A stretch of 64,000 bases of DNA from Candidatus Gastranaerophilales bacterium (GCA_944324175.1 CALUVH010000010.1:2166-66165); one strand, 5' to 3'. Positions 47,089 to 57,518 are shown, numbered from the stretch's first letter. Program-made: numbers and translations. Notes: generated by a model from the sequence alone, not told the origin.

Positions 47089-48308
47089 ATTTTTTTGAAA
47101 ATTAAAGAAGTATTGATACCACCAAATGCAAAATTGTTTGACATAACAATTTTATTATCCATTTCAACACCTGACTTTTTAATATACCCCAATGGCGCAC
47201 ATTTATCATCGACTTCGTTAAGATTTAATGTAGGACAGTACCAATTTTCATTCATCATACAAATAGACAAAATAGCCTCAATAGCTCCACAAGCTCCCAA
47301 AGTATGTCCTGTGTAACTTTTTATTGAGCTAATTGGAACAGCTCTTTTAAATACATCATAAGTTGCCACAGATTCTGCAACATCACCTTGCATTGTAGAG
47401 GTTCCATGAGCATTTACATAGCCTATTTCATCAGGTGATACGCCTGAACCTTTTAGTGCTTCAAGCATAGCAGCCCCCATGGTTTCATAATTAGGGTTAG
47501 TTATATGCGTTCCATCGGTATTCGTACCATAGCCTATAATTTCCGCATAAATCTTTGCTCCGCGCTTTTTAGCATGTTCATACTCTTCTAAAATCAAAGT
47601 GCCAGATCCAGCACCTATTACCAAACCGTCACGATTTTTATCAAAAGGTGAAGGCGTTAATTCAGGTGTATCATTTTTTAGACTTGTCGCATATAGCGTA
47701 TCAAATATCGCAATATGAGTGGCATGAAACTCTTCTGCCCCTCCTGCTATCATAACCGTTTGATAACCGTCTTTTATTGCTTCATAAGCCGCACCAATCC
47801 CCATCGAGCCTGATGTACAGGCTGTGGAAGTAGGAATTAGTCTACCCTTCGTTTTAAAGTACAATGAAATATTTACAGCAGCAGTTTGCGACATCATTTT
47901 AACATATGAGGCTGAATTTAAATTTTTCACCTCTTTATCCACCTGCATCGAATAAAAATCAATGATAGTATTTAAAGACCCTGAAGAGGAACCATAAGCA
48001 ACCCCTGTCTGTCCGTTAAATATTATTTCATCATCAAGCAAACCAGCATCTTTAAGTGCTTTTTCAGAAGTTGCAACACTCATAACAGAAATTGGTCCCA
48101 TAGTTCTTGTAACTTTTCTTGTGAAATGCTCTGGGACAATAAAACCAGTCACAGGAGCTGCCAACTTTGTGTTTAACTTTGAATACTCTTCCAACTCAGG
48201 GAGATATTTGACGCAATTTTTATAAACTTTTAAACGTTCAAAGGCTTCGTTTACTTCACATCCCAAAGAACTTGCCAATGCCATGCCGGTCACAACAACA
48301 CGCTTCAC
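47085..48308 (-). CDS. beta-ketoacyl-ACP synthase (APE-cluster ApeR-like)
   Basis: Cys-His-His triad context: STACTSGSMG, GTHITNPN and NAHGTST. 407 aa. Confidence 0.85.
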   Translation of the reverse strand: MKRVVVTGMALASSLGCEVNEAFERLKVYKNCVKYLPELEEYSKLNTKLAAPVTGFIVPEHFTRKVTRTMGPISVMSVATSEKALKDAGLLDDEIIFNGQTGVAYGSSSGSLNTIIDFYSMQVDKEVKNLNSASYVKMMSQTAAVNISLYFKTKGRLIPTSTACTSGSMGIGAAYEAIKDGYQTVMIAGGAEEFHATHIAIFDTLYATSLKNDTPELTPSPFDKNRDGLVIGAGSGTLILEEYEHAKKRGAKIYAEIIGYGTNTDGTHITNPNYETMGAAMLEALKGSGVSPDEIGYVNAHGTSTMQGDVAESVATYDVFKRAVPISSIKSYTGHTLGACGAIEAILSICMMNENWYCPTLNLNEVDDKCAPLGYIKKSGVEMDNKIVMSNNFAFGGINTSLIFKKI

Positions 48309-49033
48309 TGATATAATCCTCCATTCACAGAAATAACCTGTCCCGTTATATAAGTTGCATCCTCTGACAATAGATAATTTACAAGACTTGCAACCTCTTT
48401 AACCTTACCGATTCGACGCATTGGAATCAATTTTTTCATCTCTTCTATAGGTAAATCTTTAATCATATCTGTTTCAATGACTCCAGGCGCAACACAATTG
48501 ACGGTAATAGAACGTTTTGCCAATTCTAAAGCCAAAGCTTTTGTTGCTCCGATTATTCCAGCTTTGGAAGCGCTATAATTAACCTGTCCTTTATTACCTG
48601 CAAGCCCTGATATTGATGACATTGTAACTATTCTACCTTTAATACGTGCTGAAATCATTGGCATAACAATCGGTTTCAGAACATTATAAAACCCTCCAAG
48701 ATTTACATTAATAACATCATCCCACTGCCCATCATCCATAGCCGGAAATACGTTATCTTTTGCGATACCTGCGTTAAGTACAACGCCATAGTATACACCG
48801 TTTTGTTCAATATCCTTTTCTATTACCTCACGACACTGCTCTCTATTTGAAATATCAAAACGTAGTATTCTCACACTCCTACCTAAAGCCTCAATCTGTT
48901 TCATACACTCATTGGCAGCCTCAATACAATTATTACAATGCAAGGCAATATCATAACCATTTTTTGCCAGATATAAGGCTATTTCTTTTCCTATTCCACG
49001 GCTTGAACCCGTAATTAAAACTGTATTACTCAT
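48305..49033 (-). CDS. 3-oxoacyl-ACP reductase (FabG/ApeQ-like SDR)
   Basis: VLITGSSRGIGKEIA..., NAG, YSASKAG; 242 aa. It overlaps its neighbours by 4 and 8 nt. Confidence 0.88.
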   Translation of the reverse strand: MSNTVLITGSSRGIGKEIALYLAKNGYDIALHCNNCIEAANECMKQIEALGRSVRILRFDISNREQCREVIEKDIEQNGVYYGVVLNAGIAKDNVFPAMDDGQWDDVINVNLGGFYNVLKPIVMPMISARIKGRIVTMSSISGLAGNKGQVNYSASKAGIIGATKALALELAKRSITVNCVAPGVIETDMIKDLPIEEMKKLIPMRRIGKVKEVASLVNYLLSEDATYITGQVISVNGGLYQ

Positions 49034-49481
49034 TTAATTTCCTTACAAAATCTTTTTCATCAGAAGGCATATACGCATTAATAACCGATTTAGCGCACTC
49101 TTCATTTCCATTATAAATTAAACACTCGAATGAAACAAGTTCATTATCAGTAAAAACTTCTTTCGCTGTTACAATATAACTTTTATGATTTTCAAAACAA
49201 GCAAGGCTGTTTTCATAAAATCTGGTTCCCAGTAAAAAACCTACCTTTGGAGAACACATATTATTTTGAAAATAGGAATAACATCCTATAGCCTGAGCCA
49301 TAAACTCAATTCCAACAATTGCAGGTACACCATCAATTGAACTATCAAAAAAGACTTTATTTTCATCTATTTTAACAAGCACACTTATCGAATGTGTTTC
49401 AAGATTGTATTCAATTACATCATCTACCAATATCATGGGTTTTTTATGTGGTAAAACTTTTTCCATATCATATTTTGGCAT
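49026..49481 (-). CDS. hot-dog fold 3-hydroxyacyl-ACP dehydratase (ApeP-like)
   Basis: VLPHKKPMILVDDVIEY... and IEFMAQAIG. The start ATG overlaps the upstream KS stop by 1 nt (TAATG). Confidence 0.7.
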   Translation of the reverse strand: MPKYDMEKVLPHKKPMILVDDVIEYNLETHSISVLVKIDENKVFFDSSIDGVPAIVGIEFMAQAIGCYSYFQNNMCSPKVGFLLGTRFYENSLACFENHKSYIVTAKEVFTDNELVSFECLIYNGNEECAKSVINAYMPSDEKDFVRKLNE

Positions 49482-50605
49482 TATTCTCTCCCCAATATAA
49501 TTGCAGTATTTGTCCCACCAAACCCGAATGATAAGCACAAAACATTATCTATTCTTTTTTTTACCGGTTTGGTTATGAGATTAATCTTAGGTAGTGAAAA
49601 ATCATAATCTCCGTCATATAAATGAGGCAAAATAGTTTGATTTTTAAGTACTTTACAGCACAAGGCTGTTTCTAATGAGGCAGCAGCACCAAGACAATGT
49701 CCAGTAAGTGGCTTGGTAGAACTTGCTTCAACACAACCACCAAAAACATTGTATACCGCATTTGCCTCCATCAAATCATTTGCAATAGTCCCTGTTCCAT
49801 GCAAGTTTATATAATCTATCGCATCAGGAGGTAATTGTGCATTCTTTAATGCCAAATTTATTGCACGAGAAGCCTCATAACCTTTGGGATCAGGAGTCGC
49901 AGCATGATATGCATCTGATGTTTCTCCTATACCTTTTATCAAAATTTCACCCTTACCTTTTTCCACAATAAATAGTGCGGCAGCTTCTCCAATATTTATA
50001 CCATCCCTATTTTTAGAAAATGGGTTTGTTTTCCCCTTGGACAAAACCTCTAAAGAATTAAACCCAAAAACAGGCATTTTTGCAAGAGAATCCACCCCTG
50101 CTACAATTACCGCATCACAAATATTCATATTGATGAGTTTCTGTGCTGTTGAAAAAGCCTTGATTCCTGAGGAACATGCACTTGATACACTTTCATAAAA
50201 ACTACCCAATTCAAGATAATTTTTCATAAATTCAGCAGGATTACCAATCTCAAAACATTTATTTACACGATTTTTTTCATATTCCTCAATACCAGAATTT
50301 GTCGTCGCTACAACAACACCAATTCTATCTTTACCATATCTCGCTATTAAATTATTCAAATCTCCATTTAGTTTATTAATCAAATACAGTAATAGCCTGT
50401 TACAACGCAAATTATAATCACTTTGTTCTATTTTAGGTAATTTATGATTTATCTTTCCTAAATAAAATTTCTGCCCCTTCACAATATTTGAATCCAAGGT
50501 CAAAAAGCTATTATCACATAATATAGCATTTTTAAAAATTTCATCAATGGAATTACCAAGATTACAAATCGCTTCATATTTGGAAATGTGTAAATTATTT
50601 TGCAT
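49481..50605 (-). CDS. beta-ketoacyl synthase (ApeO-like)
   Basis: SSACSSGIKAF (active-site Cys), DAYHAATPDP and NLHGTGT. 374 aa. Confidence 0.85.
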   Translation of the reverse strand: MQNNLHISKYEAICNLGNSIDEIFKNAILCDNSFLTLDSNIVKGQKFYLGKINHKLPKIEQSDYNLRCNRLLLYLINKLNGDLNNLIARYGKDRIGVVVATTNSGIEEYEKNRVNKCFEIGNPAEFMKNYLELGSFYESVSSACSSGIKAFSTAQKLINMNICDAVIVAGVDSLAKMPVFGFNSLEVLSKGKTNPFSKNRDGINIGEAAALFIVEKGKGEILIKGIGETSDAYHAATPDPKGYEASRAINLALKNAQLPPDAIDYINLHGTGTIANDLMEANAVYNVFGGCVEASSTKPLTGHCLGAAASLETALCCKVLKNQTILPHLYDGDYDFSLPKINLITKPVKKRIDNVLCLSFGFGGTNTAIILGRE

Positions 50606-50634
50606 TTTTTCTCCCGTTATATTAGTATAATATC

Positions 50635-51225
50635 ATGAACCGTAAATTTTTCATATACAAAACATCATATTCAACAGACTTAAATACAGATTTATCATTC
50701 ATACCTATGATGACAAGGAGAAAACTAAGTCCGCTTGTGAAGTGTGCTTTTTCAACAATTTATAACTGTTTTGAAAAAGACGACATAAACTTAGTTTTCG
50801 CCTCACAATATGGTGAAGTAGATAAACTTAATTTGCTAATCGAACAATACACAAAAGAAAATGAGGTGTCTCCAATCGCTTTTTCTTCATCTGTTCACAA
50901 CAACACAATAGGAACATTTTCACTACTTAACAAAATAAATAACAAGTATAATGCCGTATCAGCAGGCGAATACAGTCTTTCAAACGGTCTTTTGGAAGCA
51001 ATTACGGCAAATGAAACAACTCTTTTTTGCTATGCTGACACTATTCCTGAAACAAAAAGCGTTTCATGTCTTATAGGAAATGTAAAAAAAGATAATGCAG
51101 ATGAAATTGAATTATCTTTACGAAAAAACGAATGCTACGGAAATGAATATAAGAATTTTATAAAATTCCTGAATAAAGAAGAGAATTACTTTTTGTCTCC
51201 TTTTTATTGCCTAAGGAGAGCGTAA
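50635..51225 (+). CDS. KS-N-terminal-like protein lacking the active-site Cys (chain-length-factor-like, ApeC-like)
   Basis: ...FIPMMTRRKLSPLVKCAF...LVFASQYGE...ISPIAFSSSVHNNTIGTFSL... fits the Ketoacyl-synt_2-type pattern. It is divergent from the KS operon. Confidence 0.6.
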   Translation: MNRKFFIYKTSYSTDLNTDLSFIPMMTRRKLSPLVKCAFSTIYNCFEKDDINLVFASQYGEVDKLNLLIEQYTKENEVSPIAFSSSVHNNTIGTFSLLNKINNKYNAVSAGEYSLSNGLLEAITANETTLFCYADTIPETKSVSCLIGNVKKDNADEIELSLRKNECYGNEYKNFIKFLNKEENYFLSPFYCLRRA

Positions 51226-51956
51226 TGATTAAATTTTATAAATCATTTCTTATCCTCATTTGTTTTTTCATATTTGGTATCGGTGCATTATTTATAAGTT
51301 TCATTATCTTCCCACTGATTACTTGTTTTATGTCTGCACAAAATAAAAAATTTGCCTATGCCAATGTCATTCACAATACTTGGAAGTTTTTTATAAATCT
51401 GCTTCAAAAAATAGGCATAATTAAAATAAACTTCAGCAACAAAAAATTATTATCTAATTTATCCGGCAAAGTAATTGTAGCGAGTCATCCAACATTTATT
51501 GACATCGTAATTCTAATAGGTACAATTCCCAATTCGACTTGCCTTGCTAAAAAAGAAACCTTAAAAAATCCTTTTTTCAAAAACATAGTGAAATCAATCT
51601 ACATAATCAACGATACTGAATTGGAAAAATTCAAATCGGAAACTGATAAATTTTTAAAGGCCGGATTTAATATAATAATTTTTCCAAGTGGTACAAGAAC
51701 AGTTGACATTGAAAATATCAAATTACACAAAGGTTCTGCAGTTATAGCATTGAATTCAAACGCAGGTGTAATCCCTGTAAAAATCACAACCGATTACCCT
51801 TTTTTACAAAAACACGGATCAATTTGCGATATAGGGAAAAGACCTGTAACATACAATATTGAAGTTAAAGATGAGATTTATCCGCAAAATTATGCAAATT
51901 TAGGCGATATAAAAGCCCGCAAAGAAATTATGGAGTTGATAAAAAAAGAAATTTAG
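51225..51956 (+). CDS. lysophospholipid (PlsC-family) acyltransferase (ApeD-like)
   Basis: HxxxxD motif ASHPTFIDIV and the FPSGTR motif, with an N-terminal TM helix. The start overlaps the previous stop (TAATG) and SD AAGGAGAG is present. Confidence 0.8.
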   Translation: MIKFYKSFLILICFFIFGIGALFISFIIFPLITCFMSAQNKKFAYANVIHNTWKFFINLLQKIGIIKINFSNKKLLSNLSGKVIVASHPTFIDIVILIGTIPNSTCLAKKETLKNPFFKNIVKSIYIINDTELEKFKSETDKFLKAGFNIIIFPSGTRTVDIENIKLHKGSAVIALNSNAGVIPVKITTDYPFLQKHGSICDIGKRPVTYNIEVKDEIYPQNYANLGDIKARKEIMELIKKEI

Positions 51957-52010
51957 AATTTGACATTAAAATTTTGTTAGTTTATCATGTAAAATAAAGA
52001 AGGCAGGAAG

Positions 52011-52262
52011 ATGATTATAGATGAAATTAAAAAGCTTATTATAGAAGCTTTGGATTTAGAGGATATTACATCGGATGAAATTGATGCAGAAGCACCACTT
52101 TTTGAAGACGGTCTTGGGCTTGACTCTATTGATGCTTTAGAATTAGGAATGGCGTTAAAGAAAAAATACAATTTAAAAATGGGTACGGACAGTGAAGACA
52201 ATAAAAAGCATTTTTATTCTGTGAAAACACTTGCTGACTTTGTTGAGCAACAAACTAAATAA
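52011..52262 (+). CDS. acyl carrier protein
   Basis: 83 aa with the phosphopantetheine site LGLDSIDALEL. Confidence 0.88.
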   Translation: MIIDEIKKLIIEALDLEDITSDEIDAEAPLFEDGLGLDSIDALELGMALKKKYNLKMGTDSEDNKKHFYSVKTLADFVEQQTK

Positions 52263-52271
52263 GGGTTGGTT

Positions 52272-52523
52272 ATGGATGAAAAATTGACAAAAGATACTGT
52301 ATATAAAGAATTGGTAAATATACTTGTTTCTGATTTCGAGATAGAAGAGAATCAGATAACCCCTGAAGCAAATCTTTTTGATGATTTGGATTTAGACAGT
52401 ATAGATGCTGTTGATTTAGCTGTCAGAGTCCAACAGTTTACTCATAAGAAAATTTCCCCAGACAATTTTAAACAAATCAAGACAATTGATGATGTAGTAA
52501 ATGCTATTGTTGAATTGCTATGA
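52272..52523 (+). CDS. acyl carrier protein (second copy)
   Basis: About 83 aa with DLDLDSIDAVDL. Confidence 0.88.
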   Translation: MDEKLTKDTVYKELVNILVSDFEIEENQITPEANLFDDLDLDSIDAVDLAVRVQQFTHKKISPDNFKQIKTIDDVVNAIVELL

Positions 52524-52918
52524 GAATGATTTTTCCTATAATTTTCACTTTTATCATAATAGGTGCGTTTCACTTTACTCAAGTTGTTGCGCTTAAGTTC
52601 TATCCTGCTATGATTAATCTTTTGATTTTCTTCTTATTTTTTTCATCACTTTTTGCTAGGGAAACCATAATCCAAAAGTTTGCAAAAATTATGGAAGGTA
52701 AAGAATTACCGGACATTGTAAAAAAATATACAAGAAACCTTACCTATATATGGTGTGTTTTTTTGATGTTTAATTTTTTAATTTCTTTTGCTACAATATT
52801 TATGAGCTCGAAAATCTGGACAATTTATAACGGTTGTATATCCTATCTTTTGACTGGTACTATATTTGCGGTAGAATATATTATCCGAATTATTTTTAAG
52901 AGAAAGCACAATGTTTAA
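52520..52918 (+). CDS. small integral membrane protein (ApeG-position)
   Basis: 132 aa with four predicted hydrophobic helices. It is translationally coupled on both sides (ATGA, and an 8-nt overlap). Confidence 0.55.
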   Translation: MRMIFPIIFTFIIIGAFHFTQVVALKFYPAMINLLIFFLFFSSLFARETIIQKFAKIMEGKELPDIVKKYTRNLTYIWCVFLMFNFLISFATIFMSSKIWTIYNGCISYLLTGTIFAVEYIIRIIFKRKHNV

Positions 52919-54464
52919 GTTTGGTGATGAAAAAGTTATTATAAAACATAAAGGCAAGGATTATACTGGCAAAGAAATAAAAACGCTGGTTTTGAAAAGA
53001 GCAAACTTTTTCGCTAAAAAATCTTGTAAAAATTTACTTTTATATGAAGATGATAATTTTGAATTCATAATAAATTTTCTCGGAGGGATATATGCAGGTA
53101 AAGAAATTTTCTTACTTACTGATTATAACAAGTTGAATTTATTATCAGGAAATTTTATCACGCAATATGAAGATGCTGATGAGTTGTCCCCTATAATAAA
53201 AATAGATCCCAACAATGTTTTTATAAACTTATTCACTTCAGGCTCAACAAGTACTCCAAAAAGAGTCCGAAAATCACTTCAAAATATAATATACGAAGCA
53301 GAAGATATAAATAATACTTTTCACATAGAAAAAGATACAATATTCCTTTCTACAACAAAATTATCTCATATGTATGGGCTTACTTATGCATTTTTTTATC
53401 CGTTTATTTACGGTTATGTAATAGATGCCGATGCAATTAAATTTCCTGAACAAATTACAGAAAAAAAATTTGCTTTTATATCTACGCCTTCATTTTTGGA
53501 TAGAATGGCAAAATATGACATTAATCCAATACCTCCTAAATATGTATTTTCAGCAGGAGATAAACTAAACAAAAAAACTTGTAAATATTTTGAACAGCAC
53601 TCCAAGGTAATAGAGATATACGGGACTACTGAAACTAGTGCTGTCGGATATAAAATCGACTCACAGCAAGACTGTTTTGCTGTACTACCAAATGTAAAAA
53701 TCAAAAAAGATTTAGAAAATCAACTGTGTGTAAAATCCAGATATTTTTTGGAAGATGAAATTATATTAAATGATATTGTGGAAATAGTTGATAATAAATT
53801 TCAAATTATTTGCCGCTCAGACCGAGTGCTCAAAATACAGGAAAAAAGGATTTCTGCAGTTGAATTAGAAAGTATTCTAAACCAAAGTGAATACATTGAA
53901 GAGTCATATTGCTTTAAATTTAAAGAAAAAATTGCCACCGTCGTTATTTTGAATAAACAAGGTAAAGAGTTTTTACTAAACAACGGTCATGCTGAACTTG
54001 TTAAAATTCTCAAAAAACACACCAACCAGTATTCAGAACTTTTTCCTCAAAAATGGCGTTTTCTCAATGAAATACCAAAAACACAAACAGGTAAAGTTGA
54101 CAAAGAATTAATCCAAAAAATCTTCGGACTTAATCTTTCAATGCCTTTTGTACTTAATATGAAAACAACATCAAATGTTACAGAAATCAAATTAACCTTT
54201 TTACAACACAGTAATTTTTTCAAAGGACATTTTCCTAATTTGCCCATCCTTGCAGGCGTAGTACAATTATATTTCGCTCATTTTTTCGCTGAAAACTGTT
54301 TTAAAAATAAAATTTCACAAAATAAAATTAAGAAAGTAAAATTTTCTAAAATCATAAAACCAAACGAAATAGTTAACCTAACACTAACTAACAATCCGTT
54401 ATCGGTCGACTATCGATACACAGATGGGGAGAATATTTTCTCATCGGGTACTTTCATCAAATAA
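52911..54464 (+). CDS. AMP-dependent synthetase/ligase fused to a C-terminal hot-dog dehydratase-like domain (ApeH-ApeI-like fusion)
   Basis: Adenylation core motifs FTSGSTSTPKR, YGTTET and TQTGKVDK. The C-terminal 110 aa contain FFKGHFPNLPILAGVVQL, which matches the FabA/FabZ-type GHFP motif. Confidence 0.75.
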   Translation: MFKFGDEKVIIKHKGKDYTGKEIKTLVLKRANFFAKKSCKNLLLYEDDNFEFIINFLGGIYAGKEIFLLTDYNKLNLLSGNFITQYEDADELSPIIKIDPNNVFINLFTSGSTSTPKRVRKSLQNIIYEAEDINNTFHIEKDTIFLSTTKLSHMYGLTYAFFYPFIYGYVIDADAIKFPEQITEKKFAFISTPSFLDRMAKYDINPIPPKYVFSAGDKLNKKTCKYFEQHSKVIEIYGTTETSAVGYKIDSQQDCFAVLPNVKIKKDLENQLCVKSRYFLEDEIILNDIVEIVDNKFQIICRSDRVLKIQEKRISAVELESILNQSEYIEESYCFKFKEKIATVVILNKQGKEFLLNNGHAELVKILKKHTNQYSELFPQKWRFLNEIPKTQTGKVDKELIQKIFGLNLSMPFVLNMKTTSNVTEIKLTFLQHSNFFKGHFPNLPILAGVVQLYFAHFFAENCFKNKISQNKIKKVKFSKIIKPNEIVNLTLTNNPLSVDYRYTDGENIFSSGTFIK

Positions 54465-54500
54465 AAATTTGTTTTATAATTCAAAAAAAATGAGGTCAAT

Positions 54501-54914
54501 ATGAATTTTGTAGAAAATAACATAACAGTGGAAGTCCCTTTTTATGACTTAGACCCTATGAATGTGGTATGGCATGGCAATTTTCTGAAGTACACAGAAA
54601 TCGCTCGTGGTAAACTAATGGAAAAAATAAAATACAGTTATAACGAAATGCGTGAAGATGGTGTCGTATATCCAATTGCTAAAATGGATATGAAATTTAT
54701 AAAATCGGCAACCCTCGCTCAAAAATTAACCGTGAAAGCAATTTTAGAAGAAATTGAACCTGCAATTAAAATTAAATATATTATCAAAGATTTTAACACA
54801 AATGAAACTATATTCAAAGCCTCAACTATGCAAATATGCGTAGATACTGTAACTCGAAAAAGTATTTACGAAGCACCTGAAAAATTAAAAGAAGGACTTA
54901 GATGTATAAAATAG
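54501..54914 (+). CDS. 4HBT/YbgC-type acyl-CoA or acyl-ACP thioesterase (ApeK-like)
   Basis: VPFYDLDPMNVVWHGNFLKYTEIAR is the hot-dog thioesterase N-terminal motif. 137 aa. Confidence 0.75.
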   Translation: MNFVENNITVEVPFYDLDPMNVVWHGNFLKYTEIARGKLMEKIKYSYNEMREDGVVYPIAKMDMKFIKSATLAQKLTVKAILEEIEPAIKIKYIIKDFNTNETIFKASTMQICVDTVTRKSIYEAPEKLKEGLRCIK

Positions 54915-55417
54915 CAATTTCAACAATATTTTTATTTTTAACGGTATTCTCCTGTGCATATGCTAATGTTTTTGAACACCAAACTACAGCAGAAAAATTA
55001 GCAAATTCATTACCTGAAATTAACAGCGTTTCCTGTAAATTTACACAAGAGAAAAAATTTCCTAAAAGTACCCTCAAATCAGGGGGAAATTTCCATTTTG
55101 TCAAAGAACGCGGAGTAATATTTGAAACTTTATACCCGGTTAAAACAACAACGTCATACACCTCAGCAAACAATAGCCAAATAAATAATATAATTAAAGG
55201 AATTGCAAATAAAGATTATTCTTTTATAAATAAAAATTTTGAACTATATTATGAAAAAGAAGCTAACAATTGGATTGTTGCACTGAAGCCAAAAGCAAAA
55301 TCTCCAGCTGCACAACAACTTAAAAATATAATTATATATGGTAATAGAAATATTAATCAAATAGACATAAACACATTAAACGGCAACTATACCAAAATAA
55401 AATTTGATTGTGATTAA
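54902..55417 (+). CDS. LolA-like outer-membrane lipoprotein carrier family protein (ApeL-like)
   Basis: Signal peptide, then ...SCKFTQEKKF...LKSGGNFHFVKERG..., the LolA-fold N-terminal pattern. Its position before the MMPL gene supports the call. Confidence 0.6.
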   Translation: MYKIAISTIFLFLTVFSCAYANVFEHQTTAEKLANSLPEINSVSCKFTQEKKFPKSTLKSGGNFHFVKERGVIFETLYPVKTTTSYTSANNSQINNIIKGIANKDYSFINKNFELYYEKEANNWIVALKPKAKSPAAQQLKNIIIYGNRNINQIDINTLNGNYTKIKFDCD

Positions 55418-55421
55418 CCAG

Positions 55422-57518
55422 ATGAAAAAATTAAATATTTTTAGAATAATTTTTATAGTTATATTGGCTACAATTTCTATAATTTCCCTACTTAAACCCA
55501 GAAATATAGAAACCAATTTGTTGCGTGCTTTTTTGATTAACAATGAAAAAAACGAAACACTAATTGAATTAAGTGGAAAATATTCTGCTAATATCAATAT
55601 TTTATTTGAAAGCAATACCCCTGATCAACTCGAAAAGACTAAAGAAGAATTTCTCAATCAAATAGACCAATCAATTTTTGAAATTCAATCAGCAAATTTT
55701 GAAAAAACACTAGATTTTTACAAAAAATACAAAAACAATTTACTTGCTTATAATGATTACCTCATTATGAAAAATGGCGATTTTGAAACAATTACCCAGC
55801 AAGCAGTCGACAATTTATATAACCCGTTTAGCTTTTCACTACTACCGGAAAATGAAGATCCGTTCATGTTATTTACTAACTACATCACCTCTTTAAATAA
55901 CGGTAATTTAATAAATTCAGCTGAAAATAAGTTTTATGAAACAATAAATTTAAAAATTGATAAAAACGATGCCTTATCACCTTCTTTGGCAAATAAAGAA
56001 ATTAAAAAGCTGATCAACATACAAAATTCTATGAGCAACAATACGGTCAAAATTTACTTAACAGGAGCACCGGTTCATTCTTATTACGCAAGTGAAAAGT
56101 CCATGAATGAAATAAATGTTATTTGCATAATTTCTGCAATGTTTGTAAGTGGTCTTATTTTGTGGTATTTTCGCTCGCTCAAAGTCCTAATTCCAATACT
56201 TGCAAGCCTTTTTATCGGTATGAGTATGGGATATTTTGTAAGCTCAATTATTTTCTCTTCAATACATATACTTACTTTCGTTTTTTCTACAACCTTAATA
56301 GGCATATGTGTAGATTATTCACTTCATTATTTAATGGAATGCGACATAAAAAAAATAATAAAAAGTCTTACAGTAAGCCTAATCTCAACAGTATGTGCCT
56401 TACTTATTCTGACTTTTTCTAGCATTGAATTACTAAAACAAATAGCGGTATTCACATCTACAGGATTAATAACTGTATATTTTATTGTAATTCTTTTTTA
56501 TCCATTACTGCCTCAACTAACCTGTAAACAAAAATTTGACATGAATTTCAGCAAAAACATTCTTATTGTTATATTTTTAATAACACTTGCAGGACTTTTT
56601 AAAATACACTTCAATGATGATATAAGAGCAATGTATAAGCCAAATAAACAGATGATTGAAGCCGAAAGTATATATAAAAAGACAGTAAATACGAACTCTA
56701 ATACTTCTTTTATCGTTGTTGAAGGAAATAATTTACAACATATTCTTGAAACAGAAGAATTGGTCGGTGAAAAATTATCCGAAAAGAAAATTTATTACCA
56801 ATCATTGAGTAAATTTTTGCCTTCAATAAAAAGACAAAAAGAAAATATACATCTAAGAAAAGAACTGTACGAAAGTGAATTATCAGTATTCAGCGAACTT
56901 TTAACAGCTCAAGATTTAAGTAACATTTCTAACTTTAACGAAAATTATTTTCAAGATGAAGCTTTTTTGAACATCACACAACTAAATGATTTTATGCTTG
57001 ATAAAAAACATTCTCTTATGATTTTGTACGACGTCAAAGATATAGATTTCTTAACCGACATTAAAAACACCACTTATATAAACTTACCCCTAGAAATTTC
57101 CAACGGAATCAAAAAAATAAGAATTACTTGTATAAAAATTTTAATACCAATTTTTTTGTTGCTATATATAATTTTGGGATACATATTTTCATTCAAAAAT
57201 GCCCTGAAAATTCTCTTGCCATCATTAATCTCAAGTATTTTTGCAATTAGTTTTATAGGCATATTCAAAGAAATAAATCTTTTCCACATCCTTGCAATAT
57301 TCCTAATTACAGGCTTTGGACTTGATTATGCTATATTTAGATTTAATGGCTCAAAAAATTCCAACGATGCTGTATTAATCTCCTGTATTACAACAGTATT
57401 TTCATTTTCAATGCTAGCTTTTACAAGTTTTGAATTAATAAGTTCACTTGGACTTGTACTAGCCATAGGACTTTTAAGCTCGTATATTCTAAGTATTTTA
57501 CTTATTTCAAAATCTTGA
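55422..57518 (+). CDS. MMPL/RND-superfamily membrane exporter (ApeM-like)
   Basis: About 700 aa with two blocks of TM helices separated by soluble loops and repeated ...G.DY(S/A)(L/I)... motifs (GICVDYSLHY, GFGLDYAIF). Confidence 0.75.
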   Translation: MKKLNIFRIIFIVILATISIISLLKPRNIETNLLRAFLINNEKNETLIELSGKYSANINILFESNTPDQLEKTKEEFLNQIDQSIFEIQSANFEKTLDFYKKYKNNLLAYNDYLIMKNGDFETITQQAVDNLYNPFSFSLLPENEDPFMLFTNYITSLNNGNLINSAENKFYETINLKIDKNDALSPSLANKEIKKLINIQNSMSNNTVKIYLTGAPVHSYYASEKSMNEINVICIISAMFVSGLILWYFRSLKVLIPILASLFIGMSMGYFVSSIIFSSIHILTFVFSTTLIGICVDYSLHYLMECDIKKIIKSLTVSLISTVCALLILTFSSIELLKQIAVFTSTGLITVYFIVILFYPLLPQLTCKQKFDMNFSKNILIVIFLITLAGLFKIHFNDDIRAMYKPNKQMIEAESIYKKTVNTNSNTSFIVVEGNNLQHILETEELVGEKLSEKKIYYQSLSKFLPSIKRQKENIHLRKELYESELSVFSELLTAQDLSNISNFNENYFQDEAFLNITQLNDFMLDKKHSLMILYDVKDIDFLTDIKNTTYINLPLEISNGIKKIRITCIKILIPIFLLLYIILGYIFSFKNALKILLPSLISSIFAISFIGIFKEINLFHILAIFLITGFGLDYAIFRFNGSKNSNDAVLISCITTVFSFSMLAFTSFELISSLGLVLAIGLLSSYILSILLISKS

